Shown here one piece after another: positions 1 through 8,885 of a DNA stretch of 64,000 nucleotides. Under the pieces are notes generated by a model. The model was not told where the DNA came from. It saw only the letters and a list, made by a program, of their open reading frames with translations, and did no database searches. Positions within the stretch are counted from its first letter, which is position 1. Each line of letters begins with the position of its first letter. The DNA lies in the IMG/VR virus record IMGVR_UViG_3300029950_000012; one strand, 5' to 3'. The DNA is from a virus. The translations under genes and the position numbers were made by a program.

Positions 1-141
1 AGTTTTGGATTCTTAACATAAACATCACGGTAGTCTTGGTCGGTACCAGCGTGAACCTTTATATCAGGAACTGTATTCTTTTCTACTCTTGGAAAGCGAA
101 TCATTACTGCGGTTGCTTTCACTAAATTAATTTCGCTCATG
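1..141 (-). CDS. hypothetical protein, N-terminal part only (ORF runs off the window start)
   Basis: ATG at 141 (MSEINLVKATAVMIRFPRVEKN...) stays open to position 1. It continues the minus-strand packaging/connector gene string. Confidence 0.4.
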
Positions 142-159
142 TTAATACCTTAATGGGGT

Positions 160-188
160 GGCTGCATTAGTACATTACTAATGCAGCC
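160..188 (-). terminator. perfect 13-bp stem / 3-nt loop hairpin between two minus-strand genes (no U-run)
   Basis: GGCTGCATTAGTA-cat-TACTAATGCAGCC read directly. It lies just downstream of the stop at 195. The missing T-tract makes a terminator role uncertain; it could be an RNA stabiliser. Confidence 0.35.
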
Positions 189-194
189 TATCAC

Positions 195-554
195 TTAGTC
201 CATGCACTCATAGGTAAGTGAGGTAACCGCAACTTGGTCAGTTGGTGCGATAGTCAAAGACGAAATGATTATCTCTGTTGCTGACGTTCCTACAGTAATG
301 CCCAGTACGATCTCAGTTCCGCCAGAATTACGGAATACTGCATGATCTACTACGCCACCTACTGCGGAGGCATCCGAAGTAATAGCATTAGCTGTTGCTA
401 CGCCCGCTACACTTGCACCAAATGCTGTTGCAGCAAAATCGCACGTTGCTACTTCGGCATCACCGGATGTTTGAAACTGTAGATCACCATTATCAAGCTG
501 GTCAACTACTGCGTCAGTTACTAAATTTCGTGTCGCTAAGATGTGGGTTGGCAT
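195..554 (-). CDS. hypothetical protein (119 aa, Ala/Thr/Val-rich)
   Basis: ORF in the co-oriented string after the portal and adaptor. No recognisable motif. Confidence 0.5.
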   Translation of the reverse strand: MPTHILATRNLVTDAVVDQLDNGDLQFQTSGDAEVATCDFAATAFGASVAGVATANAITSDASAVGGVVDHAVFRNSGGTEIVLGITVGTSATEIIISSLTIAPTDQVAVTSLTYECMD

Positions 555-736
555 GGTCGTGTTTCCTCTTGTTTCTGATAGATGTACTCTCTATCACTTT
601 CGGATAACATGAAATTGCCTTTGTCGTCCTTAGCGGTAAAGAATACTGAAGGTATAGCATTCCAGTTATCAAATTTTACGTTTCCGCCACTTGCTACGGA
701 TGATCTAACAACTGAAACTTTTGCTCTGTATGTCAT
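536..736 (-). CDS. hypothetical protein (66 aa)
   Basis: ORF in the co-oriented string with a 19-nt overlap onto the next gene. Confidence 0.4.
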   Translation of the reverse strand: MTYRAKVSVVRSSVASGGNVKFDNWNAIPSVFFTAKDDKGNFMLSESDREYIYQKQEETRPCQPTS

Positions 737-754
737 AATAATTTTCCTTTAATT

Positions 755-1303
755 TTAAACGGTATCGTAATTGGTGCTTGCGAAGAAACTTTCTTGATCA
801 ACACCAGAGGCGAACCCCGGCGTTACTTCAAAGGAGGAACTTGCCAACACATTAAAGTACTGCAATATTTCTTGAGGAAACACTGCGCCTTTATCCGTAC
901 CAGGAGTAGTCTCGTAATATTTTACTTTGACTGTTCCCGCTTGGACTTCTTTTATCTGCCCTTTGGCAGAACTTTCAAAACCTGTATTTATTCCTAAGTA
1001 TAGTGCTAGTTCGAATTGACCGAATTTTGCAATCTCCGGTATCTCTGCACTATCTAATGCATCGCCCTCCCCATCGACAAGGCCGGTACGGGGAAAAGGC
1101 GCTAGTTGTGCTGAATCAGTCTTCTCCCCATCCCATGACATGTTTTTCATGGCCATGAATGCAGTAACCATCGCTCTTTTCTTCTTTGTAGTACTAAAAG
1201 AGCACCATTGGTCGAAAAACAGCGAAGTTTGGAAATAATCCTCACTTTCTTGGAATGTACCAAGAGTATTGGTACCTACTACTAAATCAATTGACTTGGC
1301 CAT
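755..1303 (-). CDS. head-tail adaptor/connector-like protein (tentative)
   Basis: 182 aa. Its start overlaps the portal stop (ATGA-type junction at 1303). The block PFPRTGLVDGEGDALDSAEIPEIAKFGQFELALYL resembles the W/F-PR-G ... IP..V..A..ELA pattern of gp6/DnaT-like adaptor proteins. Motif recalled from memory only. Confidence 0.45.
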   Translation of the reverse strand: MAKSIDLVVGTNTLGTFQESEDYFQTSLFFDQWCSFSTTKKKRAMVTAFMAMKNMSWDGEKTDSAQLAPFPRTGLVDGEGDALDSAEIPEIAKFGQFELALYLGINTGFESSAKGQIKEVQAGTVKVKYYETTPGTDKGAVFPQEILQYFNVLASSSFEVTPGFASGVDQESFFASTNYDTV

Positions 1304-2835
1304 TAGTCTTTTTCACTCTCGGTTTTTCCACTTACTTGGCTGGGTGTAGTCTTTTCACCCCCTGGAAGTTCTGTACTTTTACCCGTTATCTTCAGGTATT
1401 CTTCAATATCCCACTTTTCCTGAGGGGAAATACCAAGTAATTGACGTAATTCGTTAATAGCAGGGTCATTAGGGTGTAAAACAGCACCGGACTTAGCCAA
1501 ATCATTAAGAGCCTTGGTAATTGTCTCAACTTCGCTTAATTGAATCTCTTCCGGCCATACTTTGGGCCTTAGTGCCTCAGGAACACCGTTCATGTCCCAA
1601 ACTGGCTTCCAAAGCTGTCGATCATACCCTGCGGCTTGCTCTTTTAGGCTGGATGATACTATAAGAAGGAAATTCTTACTGTTATCCTTAGATAGTGCTT
1701 GTGTACCTACTTTACCGGAACCTAATAGCAATTGCTGTACACCAATGCCCCGAGCTAGGTCGTGGGTCATTCTATCAATAGCATTGGCAATTTCACCTTG
1801 TGAGCTGCTTTGTGCTGTTAATAGGTTTAAATCCCACTGCTGTGCTTGAGAAGGTGTTACTGCACTACTTTTATCGGTATATATCGCAGAATCCATTACC
1901 ATACCCAATTTAGGGTTACGGATGTGGTTCGTGATAAAATTCTTTAATGGGGATAGGATTTGATCCTTCTGTTCAGGAGAGATGATCTTACGCTTCTGCA
2001 TGTCATCTAGTACACTAAGTGGAGCCCGCCCCACTGGGATACCTCGAAGGTCGGTCTCAAAACCAAACCCCTCTAACTCCAAATAACGCGCTAATGTTTC
2101 CGCAGGCTTTACCAAGTGTCGGAATATCCCGAGACCTTCTGGCGAATCGGTTAGTGTATCATCCAATAAGTATACTAATTTCCATATTGGGATTTTGTAC
2201 TCTTCACTGGTAATAGGGTCACGTTGGGTTATTGCATCAATGTAACCGTCTTTATCTTGGTGCCATCGTTCTATAGTACTTTGTGGACGTGGCGCTAGGT
2301 CGAATAGTCCTATAGCACCATCCTCTCGTATTTTAGGTATCCACTGTTGCAGACTGAAGCCATGGAACCGATACATTGCACCCTTACGGACAGCATTTGC
2401 CCATGTGCGCTTCATATCTCCCATGATCGATACGGCTAGATCAGCGTACTTCTTTGCCTCCTCAGAGTCATTGGCTGGGGTAACCTGCCATTTCGCATTA
2501 GAGAGCATGTTGAGGAAATACCGGACTCCTGCACCCACAATGGAAGTGTTGATCAGTATGTTCTGGTATGTCACATACTTGGCAGCACCTGTAAGTGAGG
2601 GGTTAGCCTCGTCAGAAGCAACCCAACCTTGGTAGATAGGCGCTCCTATCGTTCCGCTAATGTCCATTGGTTCTATGCCTTGCTTCTCCAACTCAGCATT
2701 CACCTTCTCCATAGCACTGAAGTACGCTTCCTGGGAACCCTCCTTCATTACAGTGTTAACTAACGCTGCGTCGGCTTCACCCACTGATAAGCGCTGTTCC
2801 TCTGTCTGCGTAGTCGTTGTTGTCGTTTTCGTCAT
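1303..2835 (-). CDS. portal protein (by size and position)
   Basis: About 510 aa ORF directly downstream of TerL, overlapping its 3' end. ATG at 2835 (GGAAGG 8 nt upstream) is preferred over the GTG at 2862 used in the ORF track. No motif-level confirmation. Confidence 0.7.
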   Translation of the reverse strand: MTKTTTTTTQTEEQRLSVGEADAALVNTVMKEGSQEAYFSAMEKVNAELEKQGIEPMDISGTIGAPIYQGWVASDEANPSLTGAAKYVTYQNILINTSIVGAGVRYFLNMLSNAKWQVTPANDSEEAKKYADLAVSIMGDMKRTWANAVRKGAMYRFHGFSLQQWIPKIREDGAIGLFDLAPRPQSTIERWHQDKDGYIDAITQRDPITSEEYKIPIWKLVYLLDDTLTDSPEGLGIFRHLVKPAETLARYLELEGFGFETDLRGIPVGRAPLSVLDDMQKRKIISPEQKDQILSPLKNFITNHIRNPKLGMVMDSAIYTDKSSAVTPSQAQQWDLNLLTAQSSSQGEIANAIDRMTHDLARGIGVQQLLLGSGKVGTQALSKDNSKNFLLIVSSSLKEQAAGYDRQLWKPVWDMNGVPEALRPKVWPEEIQLSEVETITKALNDLAKSGAVLHPNDPAINELRQLLGISPQEKWDIEEYLKITGKSTELPGGEKTTPSQVSGKTESEKD

Positions 2836-4393
2836 CTTCTGCGCCTTCCAACACTTCCCCACCAGAAGGCAGGATCATTTGATTAGTTAACATGTCCGTA
2901 ATAGCGTCTACTGTAGGATCAATTTGGTCATCATGCTTGTGGGACATAAGCGGCGAGAACTTACGAAACTCGGCCTTATACTCAAATATCCACTCTGCAT
3001 TAAGAGGTATCCAGACGTTCCCTATGTTGATCTGAGGGACGGCTCCGTATGCTCTTGTAACCTTATCCTTAAATCGTGTGATAGCGCCTATGGGTAACTG
3101 GGTACTGTTCTTGATGTTCTGAATCAATGATGTACCAGAGGACTTCTCCTCCACCAGCACATCAGTTACCGCTATACCTCTAACATTAGCAAACCCTACG
3201 ATCTTATTCCAGAAATCAACTAATGTACTTTCTAACTCAGGTGCCTCTACTTTACCACGAAACTGGTCGAGTAGGAATATACCAAGAGTCGGGGAGTAAC
3301 CCCAAGCCTGGAACACTGTGTAATCGTTCTCCTCACCCGTTTTCTCTGCGGTGTCACAATATACCCGTATGAAGGATAGATCACTTGGCAGTACGTTCCA
3401 TAGCTTCCAGAACTGGTCTTTAAAAATGGCACCACCCTTTGGCGATGGTGATTGATGATACTGGGAGGCAGTTGTGTAAGGATCTGCTTTGTCCATCTGA
3501 TCTAGATCAGCTTGAGTGTGTTTAAAGGGCCACAATGGCCCCTCATTCAAGTCATACGGAATAGGGATGCCATGGGTGTACTCTTTTGGGTACCAGTCTT
3601 CTATACGGCCTTTAGGGATAGGCGATGGTAAAAACAAATGGTGCCACATCTCCCCGGTTCCACCCTGTAGTAAAAAGCCGGTTGGGTCGTCCTCGTGGAT
3701 ACGCTGCATGATTAATATCATGGGCGTGTGACTCTTCCTGGCAAGGCGTGAATGGAAGGTGTTCATAAAACGTTGGTTGATTTTATTACGAACCGTTTCC
3801 GAAAAAGCATCGTCCGGTTTTATCGCATCATCAATTATGAAGGCACCCTGAAACCCATCCTTAAACTTTCCGGCACGAAACCCAGTGATAGGCCCACCGG
3901 ATGCTGTTGCATAAACTCCACCACCATGCTCTGTGTACCATTTCTTTTTGGCGTTCGAGTCCATCCTAATGCGGGCCTCAAACATCATTTGGAATTCTGG
4001 TGTTTCAACAATGTCCTTAGTCTTCTGAGAATTTTCTAGTGCAAGTTCATCCGAGTAAGTGGTGTGAATAAACTTAGCACCTGGATTAATCGCTAGGCCA
4101 CGAGACATGAAAAAGATTACTGCAAGTTCTGTCTTAGTGTAGCCAGGAGGTACGTTTATTATTAGTCGTGTAATCTCACCCTTGATCACCCTGTCTAGCG
4201 TTTCAGCCATTAGGATGTGATGGGGAGATACTTGAAACTCCATCGCGTCTCTTACATTAAAAAAATACCTAGCATAGGCTAGGTTGTCAGTAAGTAGATG
4301 GTGCCGGAGCATTCGGATTTCGTTGGGCGTCCATATGACATCCCCGTCGTCCGTAATGTCAGACTGTTGATCTGGTGTCCATATAGCGCCCAT
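2777..4393 (-). CDS. terL: terminase large subunit
   Basis: 538 aa. Walker A-like PPGYTKTE, Walker B FQGAFIIDDA, coupling motif MQRIHEDD, linker SQYHQSPSP, and nuclease Asp motif VYCDTAEKTGEENDYTVF. Confidence 0.9.
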   Translation of the reverse strand: MGAIWTPDQQSDITDDGDVIWTPNEIRMLRHHLLTDNLAYARYFFNVRDAMEFQVSPHHILMAETLDRVIKGEITRLIINVPPGYTKTELAVIFFMSRGLAINPGAKFIHTTYSDELALENSQKTKDIVETPEFQMMFEARIRMDSNAKKKWYTEHGGGVYATASGGPITGFRAGKFKDGFQGAFIIDDAIKPDDAFSETVRNKINQRFMNTFHSRLARKSHTPMILIMQRIHEDDPTGFLLQGGTGEMWHHLFLPSPIPKGRIEDWYPKEYTHGIPIPYDLNEGPLWPFKHTQADLDQMDKADPYTTASQYHQSPSPKGGAIFKDQFWKLWNVLPSDLSFIRVYCDTAEKTGEENDYTVFQAWGYSPTLGIFLLDQFRGKVEAPELESTLVDFWNKIVGFANVRGIAVTDVLVEEKSSGTSLIQNIKNSTQLPIGAITRFKDKVTRAYGAVPQINIGNVWIPLNAEWIFEYKAEFRKFSPLMSHKHDDQIDPTVDAITDMLTNQMILPSGGEVLEGAEDDENDNNDYADRGTALISG

Positions 4394-4492
4394 GGTGTTA
4401 TTTCCTTCTTGGCTCTGTTATTAATACACCCGGCTTCTGCTCGGTACCTTTTTCTTTTTCTTCTTTTGCTTTTTCCTCTTTACCACTCGACA

Positions 4493-4954
4493 TTATAAAT
4501 CATCCTCGTGTATTCGTGTTTGCATTACTACTATAGGAGCATCCTTATCTAGACGTTTTATCATAGTGTCCATGAATCGTTTATTCATGTTCACCCTGTC
4601 ATCATGTATATCATCTACAATAAGAATCGTAGGCTTTGCATTGCCCATGCCTCTTATGTTCTGACGCCTCCATTCCTTTTCAGTATTCGCAGGTGCCGGG
4701 GCTTGATGATATTGGCTTGACCAAGTACCCTCCATTTGTTTGCGGCGTTCCTCGGGGTCTATCTTCCCTATGATCTCCAGAAATTCATCCTTAGTATTAT
4801 TACCCCAGTCCCATACTACAGTTTTCTCTGACCCCTCCTTAGCAGGATCAACTCCTACCATTGTAGGTACTTGGTCAAACACGTCAGTGATCCTTTTGGC
4901 AAATTCTTTTTGGCGATCTTTAGTTAACGGGGTACTTTGTGTAATAGTAGGCAT
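4493..4954 (-). CDS. TerL-derived fragment ORF (Walker B to motif III block at the C-terminus, linker-like block upstream of it)
   Basis: TILIVDDIHDDRVNMNKRFMDTMIKRLDKDAPIVVMQTRIHEDDL parallels TerL AFIIDDAIKPDD...NQRFMNTFHSRL...PMILIMQRIHEDD. SSQYHQAPAP parallels TerL SQYHQSPSP but lies N-terminal to the Walker B block, which is the non-native order. Confidence 0.6.
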   Translation of the reverse strand: MPTITQSTPLTKDRQKEFAKRITDVFDQVPTMVGVDPAKEGSEKTVVWDWGNNTKDEFLEIIGKIDPEERRKQMEGTWSSQYHQAPAPANTEKEWRRQNIRGMGNAKPTILIVDDIHDDRVNMNKRFMDTMIKRLDKDAPIVVMQTRIHEDDL

Positions 4955-4956
4955 AT

Positions 4957-5349
4957 CTATTCCTGTAAGCTCGGCTTGTCATCTAGTATAGGATAAAGAA
5001 TGAAACATGGTGTCATAGGACAAAGGCGGGGAAAGTATAAATCGAAATGCGCTATGTTCACATCGTACATTATAAGCGCACCTTGAAACCCTTGCCCTGC
5101 TCTGCGACCTGCTTGGTGACCCGAGACAGGACGCCCCGCCAACATAACTCGAATCGCTCCTTTATGTTTTGTAATAACAGTATTCACTTTCGTGGCATGA
5201 GGGTTGATCATCTCTTTCAACTCATGCCTTAGTGAGTCTACTAGCGTAGTCTTTTGTTTCTCCGTTGCTACTACCACTAGGAACCAACATGAAGGGTTCT
5301 TAAACATCTCGCTAGTAATGTAATCGCTGATCTCTTCTAAATTTCGCAT
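4957..5349 (-). CDS. TerL-derived fragment ORF (N-terminal ATPase-like part)
   Basis: GRPVSGHQAGRRAGQGFQGALIMYDV parallels TerL GGPITGFRAGKFKDGFQGAFIIDDA. The upstream VVVATEKQKTT sits where the Walker A would be. The ORF stops shortly after the Walker B-like strand. Confidence 0.5.
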   Translation of the reverse strand: MRNLEEISDYITSEMFKNPSCWFLVVVATEKQKTTLVDSLRHELKEMINPHATKVNTVITKHKGAIRVMLAGRPVSGHQAGRRAGQGFQGALIMYDVNIAHFDLYFPRLCPMTPCFILYPILDDKPSLQE

Positions 5350-5882
5350 TAGTATCTCGAATCAAATTTCTTTTGAAACAGTCGCACTTCTTTACTTGTC
5401 AGCGGCTGCACTTTTTGTACTGTTAATTCCCCACTCACCTGCACATTGCGTTTCTTCGAGTGAACATATTCCGCGATCTGTTTCGCTGCGGCTTGTGACT
5501 CTTGTAATGTTACCGGGGCTTCCTCATACTCATTTTCGATCATATACACCAAATCCTCCCAATAATGAGAGTGAGATGGGGGTGCGTCGTCCTGGTAATG
5601 GTCTTGTATCAATTTCAGGTGCGTATAAATGTTCGAATTCCGGCGCGGGTCGCGTCCTGACATGATCGTTGCAAGAAACTCTAATGGCATGGGGGTGCCG
5701 GTCTCCTCACACATATCAAACACTTTCTTCTCTACATCGTCCATCGCTTCTCTATCCACACTCTGTATGGAACTATCAAGCGCGGCGTCAGCGGACGCGG
5801 GGGCTGTAGCCTTTCTGCGTCTTCGCTTTTTGGGCTTCTCCGGTTCTTCTTTAATTGTCTTCTTACGTCGTCTGATTGCCAT
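5349..5882 (-). CDS. terminase small subunit candidate (position-based)
   Basis: 177 aa and first gene of the minus-strand packaging string. Strongly basic N-terminus (RRRKKTIKEEPEKPKKRRRRK). No family motif recognised. Confidence 0.45.
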   Translation of the reverse strand: MAIRRRKKTIKEEPEKPKKRRRRKATAPASADAALDSSIQSVDREAMDDVEKKVFDMCEETGTPMPLEFLATIMSGRDPRRNSNIYTHLKLIQDHYQDDAPPSHSHYWEDLVYMIENEYEEAPVTLQESQAAAKQIAEYVHSKKRNVQVSGELTVQKVQPLTSKEVRLFQKKFDSRY

Positions 5883-7325
5883 CTTTTAGCCAATTTAGCG
5901 AATGTATTTACCAAAAGTGTAACACAGCCTTGAAAAAGTGCAAAATTGGGTTATATACCACTTTCTTGGTGGCGAAGCGGATGGGGTGTTTTAGGTGTTA
6001 GTATAGTAGTATTTAGAAGGGGGGTGCTGGTGCCCTGGGGGTGGGATTGTTTGATTGAATTTGCGTATATAAGTACTACAGTATTAATGATTGGTGTTAT
6101 TTTTTAAAAATTATTTTTGTATATACGAATTCGTGTATGTAAGTACTATAGGGGGGTTCCCGTGACTAAACGTGACTGGGTAGTCATATCTAGTCTTGTA
6201 CGAAATATAGTTTTTGTGAAGTGAAACCCCCCAGATCCCCCCTACCCCCTTCCGTAAAATCGCGTTTGGCCCTTGAGTGACCGTACACCCCTATCAATCC
6301 ATCATCTGTATGTATCTATCATTCTCTCAACCTCCTCAATGTGTGATTACATTATGGCTTAGTACTACACTATTGTCAATCATTCATTTAGTATCAATCC
6401 TCTTTATGTATGTGTATGTCTATCCCCCGTCTCAGTACACACATAGTACTACAGTAGCATTCAGCACGTCAATGATTCATTTCATTTATTACTATACATA
6501 CTCTGTACATACCTATACTGTACAGACTCTTTACACAAGGGGGTGGATACAATGAAGCGACTGCATATCAAGTTATTGGTACACATGGGTACAATACACG
6601 ACGCGGATACAATAGAGCGCGTGTACAAGGGAAGCCGGGTAGATAAGCACATAGTCAGTGTAGATCTATCACTGGACGACGTGGCACACTTTGAGCAGAC
6701 TATACATGACACCGGTATATTAAAGATTACAGGGGGGATTGAATACGAGTAGTGTACAGGGTCTGTATATAATCACTGTACAGGGGGTGTATATAAGGGG
6801 GTGCTACATAGAGACCCCTTTTCCTCTAAAGTTAGGTAGTACAGGGGTATATAGAGCGTGAGGTAACGCTTTGTACTACAGGGGGCCAATTTCTACAGCT
6901 AATTGTATCCATACCATGTGCATAAAGCATACAGAGTATTGATGTAACCACCTTTTTATAGCGTATTTCGCGTTTTTTGTCACGTTGCATCGTTTTTTCC
7001 ATTTTCCATTTCCCCCTACACGTATAAAAAATAAAAAGCTTGTATATATTTTCTTTTTGGCGACCTAAATAAAAGTACTACACTATTACATTTACACAAC
7101 TTTACTATATCTCAAAAACACAAAAAACAGGACAATAGAACATAAACTAAGATATAACCTATAAAAATAGGGCTTTAGTTGAAATAAACAACATTTCAAA
7201 CGTGACATAGTACTTTCACACTTATATGCGTAAAACGCTCAATACCCTGGTATACCAAGCTAATATGTGTATAATCAACATTACTAAGTTAGAACAACCC
7301 CCGAAACCTTTATTATATAAAGAGT
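5883..7325. promoter_or_regulatory. divergent control region dense in short repeats; candidate early-promoter cluster, origin or genome terminus
   Basis: About 1.4 kb with no convincing ORF apart from 6552-6752. It has AGTACTAC(A/T)(G/C)TA motifs at 6071, 6141, 6361, 6445 and 7074, and (T)GTACAGGGG-TATATA units at 6752, 6775 and 6837. There are G6 and C6 tracts at 6019, 6151 and 6228-6250, and AT-rich runs at 6095-6125 and 6960-7200. Confidence 0.6.
6552..6752 (+). CDS. hypothetical protein (66 aa)
   Basis: ATG preceded by AAGGGGGTG 7 nt upstream. It sits inside the repeat-rich control region, so the coding status is uncertain. Confidence 0.3.
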   Translation: MKRLHIKLLVHMGTIHDADTIERVYKGSRVDKHIVSVDLSLDDVAHFEQTIHDTGILKITGGIEYE

Positions 7326-7342
7326 ATGTACACAATGATATT
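7316..7342 (+). repeat. left copy of direct repeat TATAAAGAG-nn-TGTACACAAT
   Basis: tataaagagtatgtacacaatgatatt read directly. It overlaps the start codon at 7326. Confidence 0.8.
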
Positions 7343-7682
7343 GGACAACCTCACACGCCAAACAATAGAATCACACATAAAAGCGAAACTAAGACATTAT
7401 GTAGGGGTGCAAAAGAACGATAACGCGAAACGTGGGTTTATGGGTACCAGGGGCGTTAGTATGCAAACGAGTGCCAAGCATGGCATCCTATACAGTGTAA
7501 TAGTGACGTGCAAAGGTGAAAGTTCAATGAGAGCATGTCAGAAAGGGCTAGGTGCATATAAGAAAGTGAACGAAGCAATATTTGCATGGAACTACGCGCA
7601 AACTTTGCTTTTCGGTACCAAGGCAGAAGTACAACCCTTTATAGCAGGCGAACCAAGGCCAAAACGAAGAAAGCGAAATTAA
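7326..7682 (+). CDS. AP2-like DNA-binding domain protein (tentative)
   Basis: 118 aa. TRGVSMQTSAKHGILYSVIVTCKGESSMRACQKGLGAYKKVNEAIFAWNYAQTLLFG resembles the RGV...(W/Y).(A/V).I...LG.F...eEA..AYn.AA..lfG pattern of phage AP2 domains. Basic tail PRPKRRKRN. Confidence 0.4.
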   Translation: MYTMILDNLTRQTIESHIKAKLRHYVGVQKNDNAKRGFMGTRGVSMQTSAKHGILYSVIVTCKGESSMRACQKGLGAYKKVNEAIFAWNYAQTLLFGTKAEVQPFIAGEPRPKRRKRN

Positions 7683-7685
7683 TTG

Positions 7686-7713
7686 TATAAAGAGCTTGTA
7701 CACAATTCATATT
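7686..7713 (+). repeat. right copy of direct repeat TATAAAGAG-nn-TGTACACAAT
   Basis: tataaagagcttgtacacaattcatatt read directly. It overlaps the -35 of the next early promoter. Confidence 0.8.
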
Positions 7714-7771
7714 ACTGTATTATTAAACACATACCAACAAGCAACCAACGCAACACGCGGAGCAAATCAAA
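7696..7771 (+). promoter_or_regulatory. early promoter + A/C-rich leader + conserved SD box (cassette copy g)
   Basis: TTGTAC-16 nt-TATTAT, then a G/T-poor leader ending CCAACGCAACACGCGGAGCAAAtcaaaATG. Confidence 0.6.
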
Positions 7772-8038
7772 ATGACAAACACACAAGCAAACATTGTTAC
7801 AAACGCACAACAAGAACTACGAGACAGCGATGCAACACGAGGACTAGACGTCAATCAGTTAGGCGCATTAGATAAGTGCGTTAAAGCGCTCATCATGCAA
7901 GAGCGTTGCACACTAACTTTCGGAGCGTACAAGAACGATTACAAGGTTAGCGAGATAAATATAGAAGAGCAACGCATAGTACTTAGAGATAGACGCGGAG
8001 GTACGCGACTAACCGATTTTTCAGAATTAGACGGTTAA
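7772..8038 (+). CDS. hypothetical protein (88 aa)
   Basis: ORF starts exactly after the conserved leader/SD box. Confidence 0.6.
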   Translation: MTNTQANIVTNAQQELRDSDATRGLDVNQLGALDKCVKALIMQERCTLTFGAYKNDYKVSEINIEEQRIVLRDRRGGTRLTDFSELDG

Positions 8039-8300
8039 CAATTACATACAAGGGGTGTATACAACACCCCCTTAGCTTCGCCACCCAATAGGATACAGAC
8101 CATGTACAGATTATTTTTAGTTATACCGTTAATTTTTGTTGTGGTTTACATCTTACCATTGGTTGACGTGGCTACTACACTCACAAACGCGCTCAACGGG
8201 GTTTAAGTGTTTGATACGGGTTGGACGTTGGTTTTAATATTCGGGGGCGTACTGTTCGTTGACGCCATTGCAAACGCAATACTATATTAAGGGTTATATC

Positions 8301-8525
8301 ATGGCTAAGTATACAAAATTAAAGATTGTAGCAAACGAAGGATTAGATAACGAAGTAACACTTATACAACGAACGCAGAACACTTTTTGTGTGTTCTATG
8401 GGGACGTTGAGTTTCCACATAGTCACGTTGTAGAACGGGGCGATTATGCGCGGGCTATGCGAGAGTTTAGCGAGTGTGTTGCACATAGCGCCAATTGTAT
8501 GGGTAACAACATTAAATTGAATTAG
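8301..8525 (+). CDS. hypothetical protein (74 aa)
   Basis: Internal ATG (MAKYTKLKIV...) preferred over the TTG at 8259 used in the ORF track. Confidence 0.5.
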   Translation: MAKYTKLKIVANEGLDNEVTLIQRTQNTFCVFYGDVEFPHSHVVERGDYARAMREFSECVAHSANCMGNNIKLN

Positions 8526-8528
8526 CGC

Positions 8529-8606
8529 TTGCGTGTATCTTAGTACTGTATTATATTTAACGCACTGAAACAAAACACACCAACGCATAGCGCGGAGCAA
8601 ATTATT
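8529..8606 (+). promoter_or_regulatory. early promoter + leader + conserved SD box (cassette copy a)
   Basis: TTGCGT-17 nt-TATATT, ACTGAAAC, then CCAACGCATAGCGCGGAGCAAAttattATG. Confidence 0.6.
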
Positions 8607-8885
8607 ATGCCTAGACCTATCCTTGTTAAAGTTGTATCAATCGAAATCGCAAACACTCCTGTAGAACATGCATCATATCTTTATGAGTACAGCCGCAACG
8701 CTACCAAGGTAGCAGGCACAAAAGAAGTAAAAATGAGCTATGCAATGTTTGTCCGTTATGTTGAAAACTTCTACATGGGTAATGACAACGCTAAACACTT
8801 ATCTTATTACCGCGAAGTGTTATCAAGTATTAACGAACATTACTCTGATATTGAAGGCGCTATACTTATTTTTCAATTCCGTTAA
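8607..8885 (+). CDS. hypothetical protein (92 aa)
   Basis: ORF starts right after the conserved leader. Confidence 0.65.
   Translation: MPRPILVKVVSIEIANTPVEHASYLYEYSRNATKVAGTKEVKMSYAMFVRYVENFYMGNDNAKHLSYYREVLSSINEHYSDIEGAILIFQFR

Noticed and set aside
6139-6156. T7-type single-subunit RNAP promoter (GTAAGTACTATAGGGGGG resembles CACTATAGGGAGA).
   Set aside because: No phage RNAP gene is in the window. The related motif copies all sit at proper sigma70 spacing from TTGnnn -35 hexamers, so host RNAP promoters are the simpler reading.
6277-6712. ORFs 6277-6555 (+) and 6482-6712 (-) in the divergent control region.
   Set aside because: Their low-complexity Tyr/Ser/Thr/Cys-rich translations come from the repeat motifs. 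They lack an SD and overlap each other and the more plausible 6552-6752 ORF.
7226-7423. ORF 7226-7423 overlapping the start of the AP2-like gene.
   Set aside because: It starts in AT-rich promoter-like DNA without an SD and overlaps the better-supported 7326-7682 frame.
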